From positions 3,232,001 through 3,296,000 of the forward strand of contig CBDCKW010000009.1 of NCBI GenBank assembly GCA_965218435.1: 64,000 nucleotides of DNA. The letters run 5' to 3'. Origin of the DNA: Truepera sp. GTDB lineage: Bacteria; Deinococcota; Deinococci; Deinococcales; Trueperaceae. The notes beneath the pieces were generated by a model. It made no database searches and was not told the DNA's origin. It saw nothing but the letters and a program-made list of their open reading frames with translations. Of this stretch, positions 10,319 through 20,294 are shown piece after piece. Position numbers and translations under genes: made by a program. How positions within the stretch are numbered: position 1 is the stretch's first letter; every line of letters starts with the position of its first letter.

Positions 10319-11634
10319 GTTTTAGAGACGTCGGTCAGCGTTTAGGCGATCAAGCGAAGGGCGGGCTCGAGGAAATCCTAGACAGCGGCTCGCGTGAAGT
10401 TGAAGCGGCCGTCGGTCGCCGCCTCGACCAGATGCTCGGCGCAGTGAAGCGCAACGTCCAAGAGGGCGACCTCAGCCGCTTTCGGTCGGTGGACGAAGAG
10501 CGTATTTTAAGCTTTGTGCCCGACAAACGCCGCCCCTCAGGGTTGGGACTTTTTACCCTGGGACTCCTGCTGCTGGTTTTACTTCCGGGCTGGCTTAAAG
10601 TTTTGGCCGTACCCGCCCTACTCTTAGGTGTCCTCGTCTTTGCCTGGCGCTATTTGAGCAACGCCCGCGTAGATGTGCCCGACGGTTATACCGGCGTGCT
10701 CTGCCGTTACGGACGACCGCTTGGGGGCCGTCAGGCACATACCGGACGCAACTGGCTCACCCGTTTCGACACCTTTATCCCCTTTTTAGTCTCGCAGCGC
10801 GACCAAGTTGTAGAACTCGAGGACGCCAACTTTACCGCCGACTACGCCAGCATCTCGCTCTCGCAACAGCTCGCCTTTCGCGTCACCGAACCGGCGGTAT
10901 TTATCGAGCGGAGCAGCCCCGGCAACATCATGAAAATCTTGAGCCTTTACGCAGGCTATTTGAACCTGCGCATCATCACCTCGATTGAAGACGCGCGGGT
11001 CAAGTTCAGCGGGCGCGACCGGATTGACAACATTATCGGAGCATTAAACGACAACCTGCGGGAGGGTTACGGCATCGAAATTGTCCGCGGCAGTATGCCC
11101 TCGGCCAATAACGACATCTTGCTCGATTTGGAGGCGATTCGGACGCTGCTTAAAGAGATCGAGGCGATGACCGAGACGCAGCAGGTGCGGGTTGAAGCGG
11201 CCGTCAAACAGGTCGAATCGCAGCTGCGCACCCGCCGTAAAGAGACGCGGAGCCGCGCGTTTGATCTGCAGCAAGCCAAAGTTCGGTTAGATACGAGCGT
11301 CGCCGAGCAGGTCGGGGCTGCCAAACAGACGAGTTTGGTCCGGGCGCGGCAAGAACTCGAGGCCGCCGCCTCAGAGGTGCGCCGCGAACTTGCAACTTTG
11401 GCTGCCAGAGAACAGAAAAACCAGGGTTTACAAGATTCGGTCGAGGGGTTGGAGCTCGAGTTTCGCCTGCGCCTCGCTGAACTTAAAGAGCGCTACGCCC
11501 GTCAGCTGTTACCCGAGCAGATCGAAGTGCTCGCGGTTAAAGGGTTGGGGCCGGGGCTGAGTTTGGGGCGGGCGCTGAGAGAAGCGGGTGGGTTGTTTAA
11601 GGCGTTGCCGGAGCTGGGGGATAAGGACGGTTAA
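10315..11634 (+). CDS. SPFH/band-7 membrane protein B
   Basis: TM hairpin, then VDVPDGYTGVLCRYGRP, FTADYASISLSQQLAFRVTEP and GYGIEIV, then a coiled coil. ATGA overlap with the upstream gene. Confidence 0.75.
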   Translation: MSFRDVGQRLGDQAKGGLEEILDSGSREVEAAVGRRLDQMLGAVKRNVQEGDLSRFRSVDEERILSFVPDKRRPSGLGLFTLGLLLLVLLPGWLKVLAVPALLLGVLVFAWRYLSNARVDVPDGYTGVLCRYGRPLGGRQAHTGRNWLTRFDTFIPFLVSQRDQVVELEDANFTADYASISLSQQLAFRVTEPAVFIERSSPGNIMKILSLYAGYLNLRIITSIEDARVKFSGRDRIDNIIGALNDNLREGYGIEIVRGSMPSANNDILLDLEAIRTLLKEIEAMTETQQVRVEAAVKQVESQLRTRRKETRSRAFDLQQAKVRLDTSVAEQVGAAKQTSLVRARQELEAAASEVRRELATLAAREQKNQGLQDSVEGLELEFRLRLAELKERYARQLLPEQIEVLAVKGLGPGLSLGRALREAGGLFKALPELGDKDG

Positions 11635-11849
11635 GGAGCTGAGCGGCATAATAGGCCGATGACGCTTTCTCAACTTAGCAAAATACCTTTTACACAAAAC
11701 TTGCACCCCTTTTGAAGACGCACCTATTAAGGTTGACAGGCTAAAATAGCGAAAAGCTTTGGCAACAGAAGTCATTATGCAGTTTTTGCGCTCGTTAACT
11801 GCATAAGGCTATATACTTACAGCAGCTAGCAAAAGCGCAAGTGTGTCCT

Positions 11850-12068
11850 TTAGACGGTCACTTCGCAGCTACCTCTTGCATCATACCGCGCACAGTTGAA
11901 CCATAAATCCAGCTGCTGTTTAGAGCTTCCTATCGTGCCATATCTTCTTACACCCTGATCTACAGTTACAACCCCTCTGCACCGAGGACAGACAGCGGGT
12001 TGTGAAGCTAGGTAGCTATCAGCCATCGGACTTATTTCATCCAGACCATAATCCGCTTGATTGTCCAT
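11850..12068 (-). CDS. Small hypothetical protein with a partial Zn-ribbon
   Basis: CPRC...CARY. TACGAT -10 lies 6 nt before the ATG (leaderless geometry). Confidence 0.45.
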   Translation of the reverse strand: MDNQADYGLDEISPMADSYLASQPAVCPRCRGVVTVDQGVRRYGTIGSSKQQLDLWFNCARYDARGSCEVTV

Positions 12069-12470
12069 TGGCTGATCGTAACTGACCTAAAATAGTCGTA
12101 CTGTCGTGAGGCACCCTGATTTGTGTTGACGGGTCGAACAGGTTTGACTATCTCACCCTCGCACCTGAAACGCCAGAACGCGCAGGGCTTTACTGTCCGC
12201 AGTTGGATTTAAGGGCTTCGTTCGCCGAACAATTTTGGCAACGAAGGTGTGTCTCGCCTTCGTCGCTACGCCTTTCCCTATCGACAGCAACGCAATTCGG
12301 TTTAGCAACCCCAGGCCATCATTGAGCCATCTTTTCGGGGCGTTACCGCTAAGCCGAAGCTGCCCTTACCCAGCGACTGGAATCTTCTCATTCTTTCGTG
12401 AACCGCGCCGCTGTTACTCTCGACTAGAAGTCCCGACTTTGTTCGATTATCTTGGGCGTTCGGAGCATAA

Positions 12471-14000
12471 CTACTTGTCTACCGACTTTAAGTCAGACTT
12501 TGCCGGGCCGTTTAGCACCTGCCCGTGGGCGTCGAAACGCGAACCGTGGCAAGGGCAGTCCCAGGTTTTCTCGCCGCTGTTCCAGGCGACCACACAGCCT
12601 AGATGCGGGCAGACCGCCGAGTAGGTGTGGCGTACCCCCGCGTCGTCGCAGTAGACAGCGTGTTTGGTTGAACCAAAGCCGACAACCGCTCCGGTACCCG
12701 GTTCTATGCTGTCGGCGTTGCCCTTTCCCGGTGTTACCAGGTCGGTGTACTGAGCGGCGACGTTGAGAATTTCTTTAGTAAACTCACCCGCAGCTTTAGC
12801 AGGTTTGCGTTCAGGATCGTAGATAAGCGCCCAGGCGTTTTCTTTGCCCATAATCAGGTCGCGGATCAGCATACCCGCGATGGTGCTGTGCGTCATCCCC
12901 ATGCCGGAATCGCCGGTCACGACGTAAACGGCTTCGTCACCAGGGTTGCGGCCGATATACGCAAGGCCGTCAAGTGATTCATAAACCTGGCCCGACCAGC
13001 GGTAGGCGACCCTGCCCATACTTGGAAACCGCTCCCTGGCCCACGCCTCGAGCTTCCCGTAACGCGCGTCGTCGTCGTCGGCTTGACCGGTTTTGTGATC
13101 TTCACCGCCGACCAGCAGCAGCTCGGTCTCGCTACCGTCGAGCGTTTGTACCCTCACGTAGTGATAAGGGTCTTCGGTGTCCCAGTAAAGTGCTTTGGTG
13201 ACGCTACCACGGGGAATCTCAGCGGCGACGACGTAGCTCAGGTAAGGGGCTTGTTTGGTGTGAAGCGCCACGCGGTCGTTGATAGGCGAGTTGGTCGCTA
13301 CGACGACTGCGCTAGCTGTCACCGTAGCCCCTGAGCGAGTTCGTACTCTTGCAGGCTGACCGTCTTGAATCTCGTCTACCGCTGTACCTGTATAGATTTG
13401 ACCGCCACGTGCTTGAATAGCCCCGGCCAGCCCGTTTAGATACTCGAGCGGGTCGAACTGTCCCTGGTTGGGAAAGTGCAGGCACGGCAGCGTGTCGAAG
13501 TTGTCAAGTGGCGCTTTAGCCACGCGCTCTACGTCGGTGAGCCCGACCCGGTGGGCCGCGTCAAGTTCTTCGTCAAGCACTTTCCGCGAACTTCCGGGGG
13601 GAACGAACAGGTAGCCACTGACGCGCTCGAAGGTGCAGTCAATACCCTCTTCACGCGAAATTGCCTCGATCATGTCAACAGCAGCCGTATGGCTGTGAGC
13701 GGCTAGCCGCGCCTTTGCCTCACCGTGAATGCGGATGAATTCGCTGTAACGATCATCAAGGGCGTTTGACAGCTGCGCGGTCGTTCGGCCGGTGTTGCCG
13801 CCGCCAACTGGACCCTTATCGAGAACTACTACAGAACGGCCTTCGCGTACCAATAGGTAGGCGGTGGTTAGTCCGGCAAGGCCCGCGCCAACGATACAGA
13901 CATCGGTGGAAAGGTCGTGCGTGAGTTCGGACGTCTCGAGCAGGTTCTCTGCTTGCGGCCAGCTAGACAGTGTGCGACCGGTTCTTTGAGCGTGGCTCAT
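12471..14000 (-). CDS. FAD-dependent oxidoreductase with C-terminal Rieske [2Fe-2S] domain (YhfW-like)
   Basis: IVGAGLAG and GGEDHKTG. Rieske ligands CPHLGC and WDCPCHGSRF. Confidence 0.93.
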   Translation of the reverse strand: MSHAQRTGRTLSSWPQAENLLETSELTHDLSTDVCIVGAGLAGLTTAYLLVREGRSVVVLDKGPVGGGNTGRTTAQLSNALDDRYSEFIRIHGEAKARLAAHSHTAAVDMIEAISREEGIDCTFERVSGYLFVPPGSSRKVLDEELDAAHRVGLTDVERVAKAPLDNFDTLPCLHFPNQGQFDPLEYLNGLAGAIQARGGQIYTGTAVDEIQDGQPARVRTRSGATVTASAVVVATNSPINDRVALHTKQAPYLSYVVAAEIPRGSVTKALYWDTEDPYHYVRVQTLDGSETELLLVGGEDHKTGQADDDDARYGKLEAWARERFPSMGRVAYRWSGQVYESLDGLAYIGRNPGDEAVYVVTGDSGMGMTHSTIAGMLIRDLIMGKENAWALIYDPERKPAKAAGEFTKEILNVAAQYTDLVTPGKGNADSIEPGTGAVVGFGSTKHAVYCDDAGVRHTYSAVCPHLGCVVAWNSGEKTWDCPCHGSRFDAHGQVLNGPAKSDLKSVDK

Positions 14001-14139
14001 CGCTCACCTCTTTCTGCGTTTGGGTAGATGGTTTTAGCTCAATTTCTAGAGGACGTCTTCACCGTATGAAGAGATACTATAAGCGTGGGAAGCTAGCTAT
14101 AGCTGCGCCTAATCAGGGGAATGTCTGCTACCGGGCTTA

Positions 14140-15153
14140 TCAGTTACGTTTCTCAGCCGCCTGTAAGAGCAGTGTCACAGCCGTAACTCCCGCAGCCACC
14201 GCAAGCGCAGTTAGGAGCGGATGGTTAGCTGCCCCTGTGTAAAGGCTCGAGTCCCTAACCCACCCTTGATAGTCGCCGCGCTCATCTAGGCTCGAGGTCG
14301 GCCGCTCGAGCGAACCTCCGGGGTACTGCACCGGATTGCCTGACTTTTGTTGGTCAAAAAAACCTTTTGTCTCCATCGCCTTGTCGGTCAGCCGCGGCGC
14401 GTAAGTACCGGCAGCCGAAATCATTTTGCCGCCGCTCCCAACAGTCAGGTCGCGTTTAGGCGTTTCGGCACAGTGTAAAATTGCCTCGGCAACCACTTCA
14501 GGGGCGTAAACGGGGGGCGGCAAGGTCGGCTCTTCGTCCAGATAGTTTTTAGCGTGATGTGGATACGGCGTGTCAATGCTCGAGGGTTTAATCAAGGTGA
14601 CTGAAACAGGCGCGTCTTCAGCCTCTAGTTCGACCCGGAGCGCGTCGGTAAAGCCTTTGACGGCATGTTTTGAGGTGGCGTACATCCCTTGCAGCGGAAT
14701 CGCCCGGTCTGAGAGTGCCGAACCGATGTTGATCAGTGCGCCGCCGCGGGTCTTAAGCTCCCGCACCGCCGCCAGCGACCCATAGACGAGTCCCCAGAAG
14801 TTCGTATCAAAAAGCTTGCGGTAGTCTTCGGTACTGCCCTCTAAAAGCAGCGCGAACATCCCTACGCCCGCATTGTTAACCCAAGTATCAAAACCGCCGA
14901 AGCGTTCCTGGGCCGCCCGCACAATACTGTGAACATCGTCTTCGTGACCGACATCGGCGACGGCGTAAACCGCTTCATGACCGGCGGCCTCGAGTTCCTT
15001 GGTAAGCTCCCGGAGGGCGTCCTCGTTACGGGCGGCGAGCACAAGCCGAGCCCCGCGTTTGGCTGCCAACCTTGCTGTAGCCAGACCGATCCCCGACGTT
15101 GCACCGGTGATAACGACAACTTGTTCACTGAGGTTTTTTAGCTTGACGTTCAT
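14140..15153 (-). CDS. Short-chain dehydrogenase/reductase
   Basis: TGATSGIG, NNAG and YATSK, with a C-terminal hydrophobic tail. Confidence 0.93.
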   Translation of the reverse strand: MNVKLKNLSEQVVVITGATSGIGLATARLAAKRGARLVLAARNEDALRELTKELEAAGHEAVYAVADVGHEDDVHSIVRAAQERFGGFDTWVNNAGVGMFALLLEGSTEDYRKLFDTNFWGLVYGSLAAVRELKTRGGALINIGSALSDRAIPLQGMYATSKHAVKGFTDALRVELEAEDAPVSVTLIKPSSIDTPYPHHAKNYLDEEPTLPPPVYAPEVVAEAILHCAETPKRDLTVGSGGKMISAAGTYAPRLTDKAMETKGFFDQQKSGNPVQYPGGSLERPTSSLDERGDYQGWVRDSSLYTGAANHPLLTALAVAAGVTAVTLLLQAAEKRN

Positions 15154-15191
15154 CTTTCCCCTTTACTGTTCAAAACACGCCAGCTACACAG

Positions 15192-16358
15192 TTACGGAAC
15201 AAACACCGCTCTGACACACCCGTCTTCTTTATTTTTGAACATCTCGTAGCCGCGCGGCGCGTCTTCCAAGGAGAAGGTGTGCGTCGCTAAATACGAGGCG
15301 TCGAGTTCGCCTTTGACGGCGTGTTCTAAAAGGCGCGGCAGATACGCTTGCCCGTGTTGCTGGGCGGTACGTACGGTTAACCCTTTGTTGATCACGGCTC
15401 CGAGCGGAAACTTATCCATCAAGCCGTAGACCCCGACGATAGACAGGGTACCCCCTTTGCGACACGCCAGAATCGCCTCGCGTAAGGCCGTGCCGCGGTC
15501 GGTCTCGAGCCTCAGCGCCTGCTTAACCCGGTCGTAGGCGTAACCGACGCCGGTACCGTGCGCCTCCATTCCTACAGCGTCAATACACGAATCGGGGCCG
15601 CGCCCGCCCGTCAGTTCGCGGAGGGCCTCTAAGACCCCCACCTGCGTATAGTTCAAGGTTTCCGCACCAGCGTGGTCTTCGGCCATCTGCAGACGTTCCG
15701 GCAGCCGGTCGATCGCAATCACCCGCGCCGCGCCCATGAGATACGCGCTCCGCATCGCCATCAGCCCTACGCCGCCTGCGCCCCACACCGCCACCGTATC
15801 ACCAGGATGAATGTTGCAAAAGTCCGCCCCCATATAGCCGGTGGGGCCAGCATCGGACAAGAACAGCGCCTGTTCGTTCGTCAAGCTTTCAGGAACGCTA
15901 AAACAGTCCACGTCGGCGTGCGGTACCCGGATATAGTCGGCGTGCGAGCCTGCGTAGCCGCCAAAGGCGTGGGTGTAGCCGTAGATTCCGGCAGTCGGAT
16001 ACCCGAGCAGCGGTTCTTGCAACTCGGCGTTGGGGTTCGTGTTGTCGCATAACGAGTAGAGGTTTTGCTGGCAGTACCAGCAGGTCCCACAAGAGATGAA
16101 GGATGGGACGACCACGCGGTCGCCTTTTTTGACCTTGGTAACCTCGCGGCCGACCTCGACGACTTCGCCCATAAATTCGTGACCGATCACGTCGCCTTCG
16201 CGCATCGTCGGTATAAAGCCGTCGATAAAGTGCAGGTCGGAGCCGCACGTCGTTGACAGCAAAACTTTCAAGATCACATCTTTCGGGCTGACGATTTCAG
16301 GGTCAGGGACGCTTTCGACCCGGAGGTCGTTGACGCCGTTCCATACAAGTGCTCGCAT
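15192..16358 (-). CDS. Zn-dependent alcohol dehydrogenase (formaldehyde dehydrogenase-like)
   Basis: CGSDLH, GHEFMG, structural Zn site CGTCWYC...C and GAGGVG. Confidence 0.93.
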   Translation of the reverse strand: MRALVWNGVNDLRVESVPDPEIVSPKDVILKVLLSTTCGSDLHFIDGFIPTMREGDVIGHEFMGEVVEVGREVTKVKKGDRVVVPSFISCGTCWYCQQNLYSLCDNTNPNAELQEPLLGYPTAGIYGYTHAFGGYAGSHADYIRVPHADVDCFSVPESLTNEQALFLSDAGPTGYMGADFCNIHPGDTVAVWGAGGVGLMAMRSAYLMGAARVIAIDRLPERLQMAEDHAGAETLNYTQVGVLEALRELTGGRGPDSCIDAVGMEAHGTGVGYAYDRVKQALRLETDRGTALREAILACRKGGTLSIVGVYGLMDKFPLGAVINKGLTVRTAQQHGQAYLPRLLEHAVKGELDASYLATHTFSLEDAPRGYEMFKNKEDGCVRAVFVP

Positions 16359-16367
16359 AAAGGCTCC

Positions 16368-17852
16368 TTAGACGTTGCTGCCGCGTCCGCGACCGGACGG
16401 GTTGTGCTCGAGCGTGGGAATCTCCCCGGTTTCGGCGAGGCTCTTAAAGCGGCGTAGGGTTTTACCGACCAGCGTTTTAGGTACAGCATCAAACAGCTCC
16501 GCGGCAGCCTTGCCAAGTGCGCCACCCGGCGGCCTAAACTCGCTGTGCAGCGTTACCACGGTGCCTCTACCTGCGGGCGCAGGTTCAAACTTGATCCAGC
16601 TCTCGTTAGGCAGTTGGGCTCCCCCGAGTGATCCCCAGCGGATCAGTTCATGGGGGCGCTCTTCGGTGACGCGCGTGTCCCACTCGAGACTTTGACCGAG
16701 CGGTAGGGGCAGTCGCCAGTGGCTGGTGCCGTCGCCACTACCTTCGACCTCAGCTACGGGCCGCAGGACCTGTGAGAGTGTGCCGGGCTCGAGCCAAAGT
16801 TTATAGAGCTCTTCAGCTGAGCGCCCAACCGTCAGCGAACGCTCGACCTCCGGGGCGTCAGGTTTTTGCACGTCTCCGCTCCGGTACTTTTGCGACGTTG
16901 GTTTTTCCCGGTGCTGAGCCCGGTAGACTAGCCATCCCCCAACCCCGGCGAGGAGCAGCCCCGCAATGACAGCGTTAGCTGAACCACGCGGTTTCGGCGG
17001 GACGTACCGCGTCCCGTACAGATCAGCCCTGGCAGGCGCGTCAACATAACGGCCGTGAGTAGGAACGGCAAGTTGTCTAAAGTTGGTGGCTAAACTGTGC
17101 AGGTCTCGGCTTAAGCTCGCACCTTGCAGGGCGGGGCCGTGCCCGGTGATAGTGAGCTTAGGCTCGAGCTCTGCCAGCTCTTTTACTGAGTTTTCTGCTG
17201 CCACCCAGTCAGGGGTGTAGTACCTTGGTGGACCGTGCAGTTCCGGTTTTTGTACCGCCGTGGCGTAAGCCGATTCTGCTTTGGTCGTGACAAAGGCGTC
17301 ACCGGTGATCAGCATCCGGTCCGCTTCACGCCATAACGAGACGTGGCCGGGGCTATGACCGGGCGTATGTAGCCATCGCCAGCCCGCCATACCGGGGACA
17401 CTGCCGTCTTCGGGCAACGCTTTTAACCAGCTGCTTACGTCAATCGGCGCTTTGGGGTAAAGACCCGACATACGGGCCATCAGACCACCGCCAACTGAAG
17501 GGTCGGGGGGCGGATAGGCAGACGCGCCGTTTAGATAGGGGTGCTCGAGCCCGTGCGCGTAAATGGGTACGTCCCAGCCTTCAGCAAGTTCTTGGAGCGC
17601 CCCCACATGGTCAAAGTGGCCGTGCGTCAGGATGATCGCTTTGGGTTTGGCATCTTGACCAAACCTTTCCTCAGCGGCATAGCGAATTGCGCGGGCAGTT
17701 CCGGTCAGACCTGCGTCGATGAGCACCCAGTCGGGCTGCTCGGGCAGACCGTAAAAGACGACGTTGACGACGCCCAGCCGTTTGTACACCAGATCCGGTG
17801 TAAGCTGCTGCGTTTTGCTGTCTTGTCCTGTATCTGGAGCAGGTTGTGACAT
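16368..17852 (-). CDS. MBL-fold metallo-hydrolase fused to an SRPBCC (cyclase/dehydrase) domain
   Basis: THGHFDHVG, HTPGHSPGH and GDAF, then a TM linker, then SHWRL...EWD...IRW and LRRFKSLAETGEIPT. Confidence 0.85.
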   Translation of the reverse strand: MSQPAPDTGQDSKTQQLTPDLVYKRLGVVNVVFYGLPEQPDWVLIDAGLTGTARAIRYAAEERFGQDAKPKAIILTHGHFDHVGALQELAEGWDVPIYAHGLEHPYLNGASAYPPPDPSVGGGLMARMSGLYPKAPIDVSSWLKALPEDGSVPGMAGWRWLHTPGHSPGHVSLWREADRMLITGDAFVTTKAESAYATAVQKPELHGPPRYYTPDWVAAENSVKELAELEPKLTITGHGPALQGASLSRDLHSLATNFRQLAVPTHGRYVDAPARADLYGTRYVPPKPRGSANAVIAGLLLAGVGGWLVYRAQHREKPTSQKYRSGDVQKPDAPEVERSLTVGRSAEELYKLWLEPGTLSQVLRPVAEVEGSGDGTSHWRLPLPLGQSLEWDTRVTEERPHELIRWGSLGGAQLPNESWIKFEPAPAGRGTVVTLHSEFRPPGGALGKAAAELFDAVPKTLVGKTLRRFKSLAETGEIPTLEHNPSGRGRGSNV

Positions 17853-17864
17853 CTTTTCTCCTAA

Positions 17865-18239
17865 CTAGCGGCGTGCCGCTTGAACGGACGCCGTTCGTGG
17901 CGTGGTCTGAGTCATCAGTGCAGCCGCAACTTCAAACAAACCCAAAATAAGATGGGGCCAGAAAACGTAGCTGCTAAACCCGAAAAGCCATGGCGAAAGG
18001 GCAAGTAGTACGCCACTAGCTGCATCTAAACCAAGGTGCGTCCCCACCGGTATACGCCGGACAACTCCTAGTTCGTAGTTAGTCAGGAGGCTGTAAATCA
18101 AAGCGCCGACGCCAAGGATGACAGGCACCCAGGTTTCAGCACCAACCCGGTTGAAGTTTAGAAGCCAGGGGGCGGCAATAAGAAACGCCCCGACAAGGTA
18201 GTCGAGTACGCCGTGAACACGGGTAGGGATAAACCGCAT
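17865..18239 (-). CDS. SPW-repeat small membrane protein
   Basis: HGVLDY, APW/SPW repeats, TNYELG and HLGLD. Confidence 0.85.
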   Translation of the reverse strand: MRFIPTRVHGVLDYLVGAFLIAAPWLLNFNRVGAETWVPVILGVGALIYSLLTNYELGVVRRIPVGTHLGLDAASGVLLALSPWLFGFSSYVFWPHLILGLFEVAAALMTQTTPRTASVQAARR

Positions 18240-18262
18240 AGTTTCCTCTCCGGCTAAAACGC

Positions 18263-18296
18263 AAAAGGGAGCCTCGGCGTACGCTGAGACTCCTTT
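18263..18296 (-). terminator. Probable intrinsic terminator after the Mn-catalase gene
   Basis: Hairpin AAAGGAGTCTCAGCGT/ACGCCGAGGCTCCCTTT followed by a T-rich tract on the minus strand. Confidence 0.55.
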
Positions 18297-18311
18297 GGCA
18301 CTAGCAGTTTC

Positions 18312-19199
18312 TTACCTGCCCGTAACCTTGTCGGCGAGGCGCTCGAGCATCGGTTTATCATCCTCTCCTTGAACGCCCTGTTCGGTTTGGGCGTAAGCCT
18401 CAGGTATGGCCGGGGCGAGTTGCGGCTCACCGCCGACGGGCTCGGCGACCCGTTGGCTGTATTCGCTTTTACCGTCAAGGGATGGACCTTCCGTCCAGCG
18501 TCCGTGGGTCAGCGGCTGGCCGTCTTTGGCGGTTGATAAAAAGACGTAGTTGTAATCGCTCAGCTCCTCGTCTTGCGGGAACGAGTTGGGAATCGGCAAG
18601 ACGCCTTCGTAGCCACCGAGCTCTTCAATCACCGCCAGCCACTGTTGTTGGTGCATGGTGTCACGCGCCAGCAAGAATGAAAGCATATCTTTCATACCGG
18701 GATCGTCGGTAAAGTTGTAAAGCCGTGCGGCCAGTGCGCGTCCGGTTGCTTCGGCCATCACATTGGCGTACATGTCAGCGGCGAGGTTGCCACTGCCGAC
18801 GAGAAAAGCGCCGGTAAACGGGACGCCGTTACTGTCGGCGGCCATCGCCCCCAACCCCGACGAAAGGTAGTGACGCGGATTCATCCCGCCGAGGACCGCG
18901 GCTACTGCCGGGTTGTCGTTGGCCGCTTGCTCTTGGAGCGCGGCGTCGGCCCCCTCGAGGTTTAAGGCCACCGCCGTCGCCAGCATCTCGATATGCGCGA
19001 GTTCTTCAGTGCCCGTTTCTAGGAGCATATCGCGGTACTTTTTCGGCCCACGCGAGTTCCAAGACTGAAACAGATACTGTAGCGCCACCCGCATCTCGCC
19101 TTCAATGCCGCCGATAGCCTGCTGCAACAGCTTGGCAAAAACCGGATTCGGGGTTGTGACCTCAACTTTATACTGCAACTTGCCGTCGTGATAAAACAT
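18312..19199 (-). CDS. Manganese catalase family protein
   Basis: Start MFYHDGKLQY after a GGGGAGG SD. GGIEGE, EELAHIEML, ANVMAE and ARDTMHQQQW. Confidence 0.93.
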   Translation of the reverse strand: MFYHDGKLQYKVEVTTPNPVFAKLLQQAIGGIEGEMRVALQYLFQSWNSRGPKKYRDMLLETGTEELAHIEMLATAVALNLEGADAALQEQAANDNPAVAAVLGGMNPRHYLSSGLGAMAADSNGVPFTGAFLVGSGNLAADMYANVMAEATGRALAARLYNFTDDPGMKDMLSFLLARDTMHQQQWLAVIEELGGYEGVLPIPNSFPQDEELSDYNYVFLSTAKDGQPLTHGRWTEGPSLDGKSEYSQRVAEPVGGEPQLAPAIPEAYAQTEQGVQGEDDKPMLERLADKVTGR

Positions 19200-19557
19200 G
19201 CTGCCTCCCCAGGTAACAGTTAGATAACGTTGCGTTTCACTAAGCAAGATAGTTCATCTTTTAGAACGGTATCAGGGTGCACCGCACAGTTTGGTAGAAG
19301 CTCCGGTCGGCTGTTCCAGAACTGGGTTGAGCGTTCGTTAGCAAGCCAGCTGGTTTTGTAGAGGTCGGCGCTACCTAGCTCTTGTCCCCGACTTCTGCCT
19401 AATTCAAATGTAAGAAACGGCCCACTGTAATCAGAGCTAATTACAACGGTAAGGACCAGGCTTAGTTTGATATAAATCTCCTGGCGAACCCTTTTAACCG
19501 TTAGCTGTGCAGGTTTCGCCACGGAGTCGAACTTAAAGGGTACAGGGGGAGGCGGAG

Positions 19558-20061
19558 ATGAAATATCTGGGGAAATTAGGAGTGCTCTTACTAGCACCGG
19601 TCATTGGACTAATCAGCTTTGCGCAGGTTGGTTTTGCACAGGAGACCGATCCGCTCTTCGCAACCGCAGCGGCGCAGAGTGACCTTTACGAAATCACCTC
19701 GTCGAAACTCGCTTTGGAACGCTCAGACAGCCAAGCAGTTCAGGCGTTTGCGCAGAAAATGATTGCTGACCACAGTAAAACGACGGGTGCGCTCAAACCT
19801 ATCGCTAAAGCGATGGGACTGACCCCGCCGAAACAGACGGCAGCAGTTGCGCGGCTCAGCATTGACTACCTGAAAACGCTTCAGGGTGACGCGTTTGATA
19901 CGGCGTACCTCGAGCAGCAAACCGTGTCACACGAAGCTGCCGTCGGTGCGTTTGAAATTGCCTCGAAAACCGCTCAAAACGGCGAACTTAAAGCCTTTGC
20001 ACAAAAGTATCTGCCCGTTATCCAGATGCATTTGAAGATGGCGCAACAGACCCTAAAGTAG
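19558..20061 (+). CDS. DUF4142 exported ferritin-like protein
   Basis: Signal peptide, EITSSKLAL, FAQKMIADH, FDTAY and HLKMAQ. Confidence 0.88.
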   Translation: MKYLGKLGVLLLAPVIGLISFAQVGFAQETDPLFATAAAQSDLYEITSSKLALERSDSQAVQAFAQKMIADHSKTTGALKPIAKAMGLTPPKQTAAVARLSIDYLKTLQGDAFDTAYLEQQTVSHEAAVGAFEIASKTAQNGELKAFAQKYLPVIQMHLKMAQQTLK

Positions 20062-20294
20062 CGACTGTTGGCGTAATGAGTTAGCTAACCTGCGTTCGGG
20101 GTGGCTACCAGCAACGAAGAAGTATCTCCCAAACCAGGAAGCGTAAAGAGCCTGCAGGAGAGATACAGACAGGTCAAAAAAACATTAGCGTAGGCGTCGC
20201 TACAGCAGTCAGGGACGTCAAACGGGTAACTTGTCAGGTGCGAGAGAGAGTTGGTCATGCGTTTTCAGCGTGTAGATTCGCAGAGTACCCCAGG

